NCBI GenBank assembly: GCA_040005235.1
Contig: JBDTZG010000082.1
Coordinates: 1 to 19,394, forward strand
Direction: 5' to 3'
From: Acidobacteriota bacterium
GTDB taxonomy: Bacteria; Acidobacteriota; Thermoanaerobaculia; Multivoradales; UBA5704
DNA length: 19,394 nucleotides
Within the stretch, counting starts at the first letter, position 1; each line of letters begins with the position of its first letter. This document shows, one piece after another, positions 8,301 through 16,487 of this stretch. A program made the position numbers and the translations under genes. Below the pieces are notes generated by a model, which worked only from the letters and a program-made list of their open reading frames with translations, searched no databases and was not told the origin of the DNA.

Positions 8301-8614
8301 CTTACCAACACCAGATCCGGCCCTTCGCCCCTTGCCTCCTTCGACCCCCACTCCTGTGTGAGGATTTTCCCCAGCGTTCTACTGGGAGCCCGTCCGAGAG
8401 CACCGTACGGCTCGCCACTGAGCCGAGGCACCAGGAAACGAGAGTCTCCAAAGGCTTGGAGGACCTCCTTGTGCCGACGGGTCGCCGGACTCTCCGGCGA
8501 GCCGAAAGCACGCAAGATCGGCCAGAGACCGACCGCCGCGACGGCCACGGCCAAGCCGCCCAGTAAGGCGCGCACAGCGAGGAAATGCGGGGAAGAGCGC
8601 TCCCACGGCTTCAC
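5387..8614 (-). CDS. Membrane-anchored TPR-CHAT (caspase-like, clan CD) protease, about 1075 aa
   Basis: N-terminal hydrophobic helix, PRLSG motif, TPR-like helices (LWNDLAAAHL, EARFNRALALE), CHAT motifs LVVVPDGPLSQVPW, LPAARKEA, IHLGMHA (His) and LAACES (Cys), FLAAGVPAVVGSLW. Start moved to GTG 8614, which follows GAGGAG. Confidence 0.93.
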   Translation of the reverse strand: MKPWERSSPHFLAVRALLGGLAVAVAAVGLWPILRAFGSPESPATRRHKEVLQAFGDSRFLVPRLSGEPYGALGRAPSRTLGKILTQEWGSKEARGEGPDLVLVRAAQTLLAGCPRGAVRRLERAVTSNAADPRLWNDLAAAHLVAVEAERNPASPLFRKCPGGSEGGLDELDALEAASRSLALSPSPEARFNRALALEALHLDGQAAVAWEEVEALDPDREWAAEAAERRTALAQKTGPSPLEKGLEAAALRGDAQAAAKLARVDPQRARELAGRDLLWAWGRAIMAGRPGEADRHLAAASALAAPLAGRGDSFAADAVAIVRGADVARRERAARGLSEFADAFPVYRAFDNERAISMFALAQKDLAAAGLPQAFEVELYRAAAENNAGRPKEAADRIDAVEALLKSRDEPGLLALAAWIRAVIAGRDGRPFDQAAEYRLSRDLYARLGEIDRCATADSLLAQALEKLGRGREAWRTYLRAVEVAPQVSDPYRRRTIWGQLAYFAQAKGRFRGGLAFQEEMQRAAAEQGDPNAVNESLLLRASLHAALGDSTKAGADLAQVRRKVTSITDAGDQARTQADLFRIEGALDIERAPTEAVAKLDRAVDHYAKTGQGVLDGATRAVRSRAHVAAGNLAGAEADLGALVAYAERGGQGWLDGAGDEDRYTFGRETRRAFSEMVRFQAVEARRPWRAFAYAETARELLAPHPPSRAGQLDAGSLYQPPALGALRAALPADTVLVEFAVFDDRILSWWVAPEGVASFSTKASREGLTRLVESLDPTKGTLTDEAWKESSARLFDLLLRPYYSRLGPERTLVVVPDGPLSQVPWSGLRDRERDRYVVEDRAVLVDPSASFYLRALARSQELDSKGPIRILVVGDPAFDSKEWPRFTRLPAARKEAAEIGALYGSNATVLTDKRATWDAFRKAALDADVIHLGMHAAPDPVDPFRSFLLFADPGARGARTLRDFAALDLPRTRLAILAACESAGENPEGEGVVGLARPFLAAGVPAVVGSLWQIGDRSTLALTLETHRELEKDADVANAMRTVLRRSCRWKDGTRMNAPYCSAALLSLGATS

Positions 8615-8655
8615 GACCAACTCTCCTCGGCGACAGTCTGATGACGATGGCCAGG

Positions 8656-8664
8656 AGGCTAGCA
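8656..8664 (-). promoter_or_regulatory. Putative extended -10 (TGcTAGCCT) for the CHAT gene cluster
   Basis: TGn-TAnnnT about 40 nt upstream of the GTG start. Confidence 0.4.
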
Positions 8665-8756
8665 CGGAGGGGCGGGTAGGGGCGCCTAGGGCAGGCATTC
8701 CTCCAGGGAGACGGACGCAGCTCTCGAATTCCGCCAGAGTCCCAGCCTACCCACCT

Positions 8757-11700
8757 TCACTCCCCCGCCACCCGAACCACCTCCCCCGCCGAATACGCCA
8801 CGAACTCCGGCGCGTAGAGGCTCTGCAACGTCGCCGGGCCGACGCGGAAGGTTCCGGCGACGTTGGCTCTCAGGCGGTATTTGAGGGTGTAAGTGCCGGA
8901 AGGTAGGTATTCGAAGAAGAAGTCCGTGGCGGCATCGCGGGTTTCTTCATAGCGGCCCAGGCCCAGGTCGTAGGCGTAGCCGGAGTGGACGACTCCGGGC
9001 TCGAAGCCCGCGGCTCTTGGGTCTCGGAGGTGGACGTATTCGGCCGGGGCTCGGCTGCTGATGGTGAGTTGCACTTCGATCTCGTCGCCGACTTGGAGAG
9101 TTGCTCCTGCTGCGAGCGGCTGGAGGGTGGTTTCGGCTCCCCCGCGGAGGCGCCGGAAGTAGTGGCGTTCGACGTGAAACAGGTCGCCGCTCGCTTGGGT
9201 CGGTAACTGGTCGGTCGCGAAGTGCCAGGTGGCTGAAGCGAACATGAGGCCTGGGGTTTCTTGGGTGACGGTGACCTGGCCGCCTGTTGATGAAGCGGCG
9301 ATCGCGGCATCTACGTCTTTGCCGGGTATGACGATCTGGTTGTGCTTTCCGGTGAAGCGATCGGGCTCGAAGACGAAGTGCGTCGTGCCTTGAGGGACAC
9401 CGGCCACCGCGACGGTTGCGGCCTCGCGGGCTCCTAGCTGATTCTCTTTCTCAAGATACGAGGCGAGCGAGTAAAGCACTTCGGCGGTGGCCCGGGTGCT
9501 CTGCCAGTGGCCGAGTTTCTTTTGCAGGAAGATCCATTGCACCAGGCCGGGAAGGCGCGGATCCTTGGGATTGAGCTCCAGCAGCGTGCGCATGGCGAAG
9601 GCGTGGCTTTCGACCGTGTCCTGGTACCAGAGCCAGGCGCTCGGTTCCGGTTGCCAGAACGTTCCCTCGTCGCGCGTGGTGCGGGCCGAATCCATCACGC
9701 TGTCGAACACCAGCTTGGCGTCGGCCTCTCGTCCCATGCGATGAAGAGTGAGAGCGAGCAGCCCCTTCAAATAGGGCGAATGCTCCCGCCAGCGGGCAAA
9801 GCTGTAGTTGGCGATCTTCGTCCGATCGGCGGGGTCGAGCGCTCCGGCCATCCAACTCGGATCGGGATAGGCGGAGGCGACGTAGTTGAGCAGGGTGAGC
9901 AGCTCGACACAGCAGGCGTCTTTCTTCTTGGCGATCTCGACCGACCAATCGTTCTTGTAACGTTGCCCGAGGTATCCCCAGCCTTTCTGGACCAGATCCC
10001 GCGGCACCTCGACGCCGAATTCGGTCGCTCGGGCGAAGCCGGCGAGGAGATAGATCGTCATGTAGTCCGACGCCGGGCCGCCCGGCCACCAGGGGAAAGC
10101 GCCGCTTTCGAGCTGAGCGTCTTTGAGCTTGGCGAGCGAGGAGTTTCTTTGGGCTTCGGCGATTTTCGGATCGAGCACGCGGATCAGAGCTTGCTCCCCT
10201 CCGCCCGCGTCGCCTTCACGCCCCCCTTTGGACACCGCCAGCCACGGAGTTTCTTCGAGCAGCATTTTGCGGTTCGGATCGTCGGCGCTCCACGCCTCGG
10301 TCGCGGTTTCGCGCGTCGCCATCTGGGCGGCCATGTCGGCCACTGCCGGGTAGCGATCGAACAGACTGCGCACGATGCCGGTCGAGAGGAACCGGTTGAG
10401 GGTCTGCTCGGTGCATTCGTACGGATAATCGATCAGGTAGGGCAGGGCATCGAGCACGCCGTAGAACAGCTGGGCGTCGAGCGTCACCACCAACTGCTCG
10501 GAGACGCGGGTTGGATCGGCTACGCCGAGATCGGCGAATTCGAGCGTTCGGGTCTCGTTGCCGCGCAGCGCCGCCAAGCGTGATTGAGCGAGGTGCAGGC
10601 GGCTCGGCAGGATCGGCAGCGCGCGCAGCTCGCCGTCGGAAAGTGCGCCCTCGGGGCCGCTGGACGACCGCGCGGTGATGCGAAACTCGACCTCGCCCAC
10701 GGCCTTCGGCACGGCGAGCGGAAAGACCACCGTGGCGCCACCACCCGGCTCGACCGTGAACGGCAGAACAGCCGCCGTCGGCGCAAGGCCGAAGGCGGCG
10801 AGGCGATCTTCTTGCGTCGCCGCGTCCACCAGCTCCAGACGAACTTCGCCGGAAAGCGGGGTTTCTCCGGCCTCGCCCGCAAAATTGACCACGGCGCGGA
10901 TCTCCGCCTGGTCGCCCTCGCGGAGGAAACGCGGCAGATAGGGCCGGACCATCAGGCTCTTGGCGCTGCGGGTTTCCGCATGGACCGAGCCGACTCGGAA
11001 ATCGCGGGTGATCGCGTGGACCCAGACGCTCCACGAGGTGAGCGAGTCGGGCACGGTGAATTCGATCGCCGCCGAGCCGTCGGCGCCGGTGAGCAGATGC
11101 GGCTGCCAGAACGCCGTTTCGGCGAAGCTCGAACGCAGCGGGACCGCGGCGACGGGGGGTGGCGGAGGTGGAGGAGGGGCCGGCGTTGCCACCTCGATCT
11201 TGGGGATCTCGACCGGGGCGGCCGGAGCGGCGTCACCGGTCACCATCATCGATTCAGCCATCGCCTGCGGGGCGGCCGCGGAGCGAAACGCGAACCTCCC
11301 TCCCCCGCGCCACCCCGGCCCGCCGAGGGCGTAGGGTCCGAAACTCGGCAGTTCGTCCTCTCGGAATTCGACGCCATCCGGCAGGGCGACGAGATCGTCA
11401 TCGGTCAGGAATTCGCCACCGCGGACCCCCAGGCTCAACCGGGCGCCGACCGGCTCCGCGGTGCGACGAGGAAATAGCCGCAGCGGCGAGGGGGGATCGT
11501 ACGGAGCGAACGCGTCGAGCGAGCGGTCGTACATCGAGGCGAGCAGCTCGGCCGCCGCGACCGGGGCGCGGCTGTCGTCGTCCGGAGCGGATTTCGAACC
11601 GGCGGACTTCGGCTCGCGGACCACGACCTTCCACGACTCCTTGTCGCCGGGGCGAATCCGATCGCGGAAACTCGACAGCTCGACATCCAGCTCGCGATCG

Positions 11701-14700
11701 TCCCAAGGCACCTCGATCGTGAGCGACGATTCCAGGTTTTGAAAATCGCGAACGGCGAACAGCCGGACGTACAGCCCGCCGCGATCGGGTTTGCCTACGG
11801 GGAAGTCGACTCGGATCGGCCGGTCCCCCGCCACCAGGCGGCGCCTGTCGCGCAACCGGCCCGATTGATAGGTTTCGAGGATCAACTCTTGGCCGGGGAA
11901 GCCGGAATGGACCAAGAGCTGCGCAGTCTCCCCCACATGGACCGTGGTTTTCTCGATCGCGAGCAGAGCGGCGATCGGCAGAGGTGCGGGAGATGAAGCG
12001 CCCTTTTCCGAGCCGGCCGGATCGACCACGAGCCATTCGCCCTGCGCCTTGGCCTGGGCGCCGAAGTCGTCGGCCGTCTCGTACAGCAGCCGATAGGCCC
12101 CGGCATCGAGGGCGGGCAGCTCGATCGTCGCGCGCCCGTCTTCGCCGTGGCTCAATTCGCCGCGGGCGACTTCCGTTCCATCCGCCCAACCGCGGAGGGT
12201 CCGCTCGAATCCGCCGTAGGGTTCCCAGCGCGGTCGCAGGCGATCGCCCGGCGTGACGATCGGCTCGAAGGTTCCCGACGTCGGAGCGACCTGCGGCGAA
12301 GAGATCGGTTCTTCGCTCGGCAGCAACGGCCGTACCGGCCGAACCAGCGCGACAAGCCGCCACGAGCCCCGGCCGGCTCGCGGCGCGCCGTCGAGGTCTC
12401 GGCGCTGGACCGAGATCTCGTTCGGCTCGGTGGGAGGACCAGCTTCGAGGAACGCGCGGTCGGAGTGCAACGTCGCCTCGATCGCGACGAAACCGACGCG
12501 GACCGAGCGCTCCGCCTCGCGGGTCTCGCCCCCCTCGTCGGTCACCGCCGCGCTGATCCGGAAGCGGTAGCTCACGTCGCGCGCCAGCCGCTCGTCGGCC
12601 TCCGGGGTGAACGCAACGGCAAAGGTGCCGTCCGCCCCGATCTTCGCCTCCCCCGCCGCCACCCGCTCGCCGGTGCTCGCCGGAGGCCGCCAACCCCAAT
12701 AGCCCCACCAATCCGGATAGACCGGCTCGCGCGTCACCTGCCAGGTAGCCGCGCCGCCGGTCACCGGCAGGCCGAACAGGTAGCGCGCCGTGCCGGTGAG
12801 CTTGGCCGGGCGATTGAGGCGCAGCGGCGGCGTCTCCGCGGTCGGCGGATCGAACACGACCTCGAACGTCGGCCGCTTGTACTCCTCCACTTGGATCGAA
12901 GCCCCTCCGCCCCCCTTGGTGCCAAAAGAGACCGCAAGCGACCAGGCGCCGAGCGTGCGGCCGGCGGGGATCGCCAACTCGCCGGACGCCGTACCGTAGG
13001 CGTTGGTCGTGACCGTCGCGGAACCGGCCTCTTGCCCCACCGGATCGGTGAGCGTGATCTTCACCTCGGCTGCGGGAAGGAGGCGCGGCTCTTCGCCGCT
13101 CCGTCCGCGATAGGCGAGCACCTTCCAGAGCACCTTCTGCCCCGGCCGATAGACCGCTCGGTCGGTGAACACCAGACCTTGCGACGCTTCGGTTTGCAGC
13201 GTGTCGGGAACCATCCAGCCGAGGTCGGAGTAGGCCACCGACTCGTCTTTTCGCCCGATGAGGAAATACTCCCGCGTGATTCCGGGATTGTGCTCGGGAT
13301 CGGAGGTTTCTCCCGCTTTGGACTGCGCGAGCTCGGCGCCCGGCTCCGGAAAGCGGACGAAGCCATCGGCCCCGGTGATCAGGGTCGCGACCCGCACCGA
13401 CTCGTCCGCCGATTCCCCCCGGCGATAGAGGCGCACCTCCGCCCCGGCCATCGCCCCGCCGCTCGCCCCGTCGAGCGCGAGGACGGCCAGCTTGCCGTTT
13501 TCTACCCCGCGGTTGGCGAGCACCAGGTCGCCGACGACCAGCCGCACGTGGAGCAGGCGATTTCCCTTCGGTCGAAAATCCTCTCGCGCCGAGATCAGAA
13601 TCTCGTAGGCCCCCGGCCGGACGAGCGGCGGCGTCACATAGGTCATATGGCTGGAAAAGTCAGGTGTCGCCGGCAGGGTGGCGCTCCAAGCCGCGTCGGG
13701 AGTCCTGCCGAGCAGTTTCTCTGCCGGCTGGGCCTCTTCGGCGTCTTCCCCCAACGGCACCGCGCCGCCCTGTTCGAACCAGGCGGCGAGATCCAGCCGG
13801 TAGGCGTGGAGGTAGAGCGCGGGCAGGTTCTTGTGCCGCACCTGGATCGACCGCCTCTTCGGCCCGTCGCTCGCCATCGCTTCGACCGAGAAGTCTGGCG
13901 CCTCGATCTCGCGCACGATCCGCCGGCAGGCCGCTCCGCCGGGCGAGCCGGGATACGCCTTAGAACCTTCGAGCGCGATCTTCCGGGCATCGATCAATGC
14001 GTCCGGCCGCTCCTCTTGCCGCACCCTTTGGGCGAGCGCCGCCTGGCCCCAAGACCACCAGGAAACCGAGCGGTAGCCGCGCACCGGATCGGCAAGGCGC
14101 GTCGCGAGCTTGTCGGTCAAGAACGCGCGATCGACGGCGCCGTCCAATGAGCTGGAGAGATGGCGGGCCCGCTCCAGCCACGCCTCCAGCTCCGCGGCTT
14201 TCCGCCCGCCGCGCCGGTGCCAGGCTTCGAGATCGGCGAGCACCGCGACGAGCTTCGCAAGCGGATGGACCGCGGGGTCGTCCAGCTTGACGGCGGGCGG
14301 CGAGTCGGCCACCAGCGCCGCGCGATCGAGCCGCCAGGTGCCGTTCACTTCCGTAGGCGACCAGAGCGAGGTGTCGGCGAGCAGCTCGGCGAACAGATAG
14401 GAGATCGCGTCGCGCAGCGTGTCGCGCACCCCCGCCGGGTAGTCGTTCGCCTCAAGGAAATCCTTCCACGCCGTGACCGGCAGGGCGCCCAGCGCCTCCC
14501 GAGCGCCCCACGCCCTGGCGTAGGCGGCGATCGCCTCGGCGGCGATTTGGTCGCGCGTCCAGGCCGCGAGATCGACCTTCTCGGTGCCGGTCACCCGTTC
14601 GCGGTGGTTGATCTCCCAGGACTGGGCATCGAGATAGGTCACCAGCGCCGCGCCGTACGTGAGATCGAGCACCGCGCGCTCTTGTCTTCCCTTCGGCCAC

Positions 14701-15029
14701 TCCTGCTCGCGCAAGAAACGCACGGCGGTCTCGTAGCCGCCCAGGGCGATCTTCATCTTGACCGCCTTGATCAACGCGCGGGTCGCGAGCGGTTCGTTCC
14801 CCGCCTTCCGGGCCTTGGCGAGCAGGGCGATCGCCTGGTCGTATGCCGTCTGCACTTTCTGCTCCTTCTCGGCCAGGCGATCGATTTCAGCGAGCGCCGC
14901 GATTCCGGATGCGGTTCCCCCCGGTTTCGTCGCCGCGCGGGCGACCGCAGGAAAGACCGGCTGGCCGAGGAGGATCGAGAAACCGAGGACGAGACCGAGG
15001 CGGGAAAAGTTCAGTGGGCGCGCGATCAT
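8757..15029 (-). CDS. Bacterial alpha-2-macroglobulin family protein (2090 aa)
   Basis: Signal peptide; FTDRAVYRPGQ, VEEYKRPTFEV, ETAFWQPHL, PDSLTSW, LPRFLREGD; thioester motif YPYECTEQ (CTEQ 10404-10415); GAFPWWPG; WQSTRATA; C-terminal LYAPEF. Confidence 0.96.
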   Translation of the reverse strand: MIARPLNFSRLGLVLGFSILLGQPVFPAVARAATKPGGTASGIAALAEIDRLAEKEQKVQTAYDQAIALLAKARKAGNEPLATRALIKAVKMKIALGGYETAVRFLREQEWPKGRQERAVLDLTYGAALVTYLDAQSWEINHRERVTGTEKVDLAAWTRDQIAAEAIAAYARAWGAREALGALPVTAWKDFLEANDYPAGVRDTLRDAISYLFAELLADTSLWSPTEVNGTWRLDRAALVADSPPAVKLDDPAVHPLAKLVAVLADLEAWHRRGGRKAAELEAWLERARHLSSSLDGAVDRAFLTDKLATRLADPVRGYRSVSWWSWGQAALAQRVRQEERPDALIDARKIALEGSKAYPGSPGGAACRRIVREIEAPDFSVEAMASDGPKRRSIQVRHKNLPALYLHAYRLDLAAWFEQGGAVPLGEDAEEAQPAEKLLGRTPDAAWSATLPATPDFSSHMTYVTPPLVRPGAYEILISAREDFRPKGNRLLHVRLVVGDLVLANRGVENGKLAVLALDGASGGAMAGAEVRLYRRGESADESVRVATLITGADGFVRFPEPGAELAQSKAGETSDPEHNPGITREYFLIGRKDESVAYSDLGWMVPDTLQTEASQGLVFTDRAVYRPGQKVLWKVLAYRGRSGEEPRLLPAAEVKITLTDPVGQEAGSATVTTNAYGTASGELAIPAGRTLGAWSLAVSFGTKGGGGASIQVEEYKRPTFEVVFDPPTAETPPLRLNRPAKLTGTARYLFGLPVTGGAATWQVTREPVYPDWWGYWGWRPPASTGERVAAGEAKIGADGTFAVAFTPEADERLARDVSYRFRISAAVTDEGGETREAERSVRVGFVAIEATLHSDRAFLEAGPPTEPNEISVQRRDLDGAPRAGRGSWRLVALVRPVRPLLPSEEPISSPQVAPTSGTFEPIVTPGDRLRPRWEPYGGFERTLRGWADGTEVARGELSHGEDGRATIELPALDAGAYRLLYETADDFGAQAKAQGEWLVVDPAGSEKGASSPAPLPIAALLAIEKTTVHVGETAQLLVHSGFPGQELILETYQSGRLRDRRRLVAGDRPIRVDFPVGKPDRGGLYVRLFAVRDFQNLESSLTIEVPWDDRELDVELSSFRDRIRPGDKESWKVVVREPKSAGSKSAPDDDSRAPVAAAELLASMYDRSLDAFAPYDPPSPLRLFPRRTAEPVGARLSLGVRGGEFLTDDDLVALPDGVEFREDELPSFGPYALGGPGWRGGGRFAFRSAAAPQAMAESMMVTGDAAPAAPVEIPKIEVATPAPPPPPPPPVAAVPLRSSFAETAFWQPHLLTGADGSAAIEFTVPDSLTSWSVWVHAITRDFRVGSVHAETRSAKSLMVRPYLPRFLREGDQAEIRAVVNFAGEAGETPLSGEVRLELVDAATQEDRLAAFGLAPTAAVLPFTVEPGGGATVVFPLAVPKAVGEVEFRITARSSSGPEGALSDGELRALPILPSRLHLAQSRLAALRGNETRTLEFADLGVADPTRVSEQLVVTLDAQLFYGVLDALPYLIDYPYECTEQTLNRFLSTGIVRSLFDRYPAVADMAAQMATRETATEAWSADDPNRKMLLEETPWLAVSKGGREGDAGGGEQALIRVLDPKIAEAQRNSSLAKLKDAQLESGAFPWWPGGPASDYMTIYLLAGFARATEFGVEVPRDLVQKGWGYLGQRYKNDWSVEIAKKKDACCVELLTLLNYVASAYPDPSWMAGALDPADRTKIANYSFARWREHSPYLKGLLALTLHRMGREADAKLVFDSVMDSARTTRDEGTFWQPEPSAWLWYQDTVESHAFAMRTLLELNPKDPRLPGLVQWIFLQKKLGHWQSTRATAEVLYSLASYLEKENQLGAREAATVAVAGVPQGTTHFVFEPDRFTGKHNQIVIPGKDVDAAIAASSTGGQVTVTQETPGLMFASATWHFATDQLPTQASGDLFHVERHYFRRLRGGAETTLQPLAAGATLQVGDEIEVQLTISSRAPAEYVHLRDPRAAGFEPGVVHSGYAYDLGLGRYEETRDAATDFFFEYLPSGTYTLKYRLRANVAGTFRVGPATLQSLYAPEFVAYSAGEVVRVAGE

Positions 15030-15155
15030 GATCGGAGATTAGACCATGTGCCGATGCGGCGGGTTCCCTCGCGTTGATCATCGATGGATCGCCTCCGCAC
15101 AGGCTTCCGGTAGAATCGCGCAACTGTTGCAAGCTTCGAGAGGAATCCGCCCGCC

Positions 15156-16469
15156 ATGCCCACCGGCTCCCCCTCCGAACCCTCCTTGGCCGACCTGCTC
15201 GAAGAGCTCGAAGCCGCCATCCGCGAGAGCGATCTCTACCGCGTAGAAAGCCTCCGCGCAACGATCTTGATGCGCTTGGCCGAGCAGAAAGAGGAAAACG
15301 CCTGGATCGAACGGTACGTGGTGAATTTGACCGCCGATGTTTTGAGTCCGTTTCGAGACCGAGAGCTCGGGCTCGACCCCACCCGCAGCCCGGTGTCGCT
15401 CGACGTGCCCATAGAAAAAGAGTTCCACGTAGTAGTACCGCACCGCGGCGAGACTCCGACCCGCGGCCCCTCGCCGTCCGGGGACACGGTGGTCCCCGTC
15501 TGGTTCGGCACCAACCGGCGGCCGATCGAGGGCCACGCCGGCTTTTCCTCCGAGCGACACGACCGGATCACCCAAGGCCGCGTCGACGTCCTCATCCCGG
15601 AGGCGCATCGCTTCGGCGAGACCGGCACTTCTCTCTGGCGTCGAATGTTCCGCCTCGACCTGCGCGACGACCGCCTACGGGTGCAGGGGATCGAGCTGCA
15701 GGAGCGCGATCGATTTTTCGTCGAGATCCGCGAGGCGATGGACGCCGTGGCGCACGAGAGAGGCCGGTCGCCTCACGCGTTGTTCTTCCTCCACGGCTAT
15801 AACGTCAGCTTCGAGGAGGCCGCGATCCGGGCGGCGCAGCTCGGCTGCGATCTCTCGGTTCCTGGAGCGACAGCGTTCTTCAGTTGGCCCTCGCGCGGCA
15901 ACGTCGTGGCCTATCCGGTGGACGAGGCGACCATCGAGGCGAGCGAGCGGGCGATCACCGAGTTCCTGGTCGATTTCGCGGCAAACTGCGGGGCGGAAAA
16001 AGTCGACGTGATCGCCCACAGCATGGGCAACCGCGGCCTGCTCCGGGCGCTTCAGCGGATCGCCGCGAACGCCGAGACCCGCGGGCAGGTCAAATTCGGG
16101 CAGATCTTCCTCGCCGCGCCGGACGTCGACCGCGACCTGTTTCTCGATCTGGCGGATCTGTATCCGGAACATTCCGACCGCACCACTCTTTACGCCTCCC
16201 GTCGCGACCTCGCGGTGCACATCTCTTCGAGAGTTCACGACGCGCCGCGGGCGGGGTACTTCACCCCCTATACCCTCGCCCCGGGGATCGACACGATCGC
16301 CGTGCCGAACTTCAACGTCGACCTGCTAGGCCATTCGTATTTTGCCCAAGCCGAGGCGATGCTGTACGACATGTTCGACCTGCTGCGCCACGGCGAGCCG
16401 CCGGACCTTCGGCAGCGAATCAAGCCCCTGATGGCGGAGGGGCAGAGTTTCTGGCAGCTTCGGCGGTAG
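15156..16469 (+). CDS. DUF900-type alpha/beta hydrolase (esterase/lipase superfamily), 437 aa
   Basis: VWFGTNR, FLHGYNVSF, FSWPSRG, AHSMG nucleophile elbow, LAAPDVD, GHSYF; TAGAAT at 15111-15116. Confidence 0.92.
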   Translation: MPTGSPSEPSLADLLEELEAAIRESDLYRVESLRATILMRLAEQKEENAWIERYVVNLTADVLSPFRDRELGLDPTRSPVSLDVPIEKEFHVVVPHRGETPTRGPSPSGDTVVPVWFGTNRRPIEGHAGFSSERHDRITQGRVDVLIPEAHRFGETGTSLWRRMFRLDLRDDRLRVQGIELQERDRFFVEIREAMDAVAHERGRSPHALFFLHGYNVSFEEAAIRAAQLGCDLSVPGATAFFSWPSRGNVVAYPVDEATIEASERAITEFLVDFAANCGAEKVDVIAHSMGNRGLLRALQRIAANAETRGQVKFGQIFLAAPDVDRDLFLDLADLYPEHSDRTTLYASRRDLAVHISSRVHDAPRAGYFTPYTLAPGIDTIAVPNFNVDLLGHSYFAQAEAMLYDMFDLLRHGEPPDLRQRIKPLMAEGQSFWQLRR

Positions 16470-16487
16470 CTTGCCTGTCTCAGGGTA

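Noticed and set aside
8615-8698. Longer CHAT start at 8698 (and likewise the cyclophilin start at 18499)
   Set aside because: Better RBS or promoter context at GTG 8614 and ATG 18460.
11150-11180. Poly-proline GGN run as a DNA repeat element
   Set aside because: It is coding low-complexity sequence within the A2M bait-like region.
6494-15077. Long antisense or alternate-frame ORFs, e.g. 12147-14150, 7755-8906, 6494-7603, 9507-10583
   Set aside because: Shadow ORFs of high-GC codon usage opposite well-supported genes.
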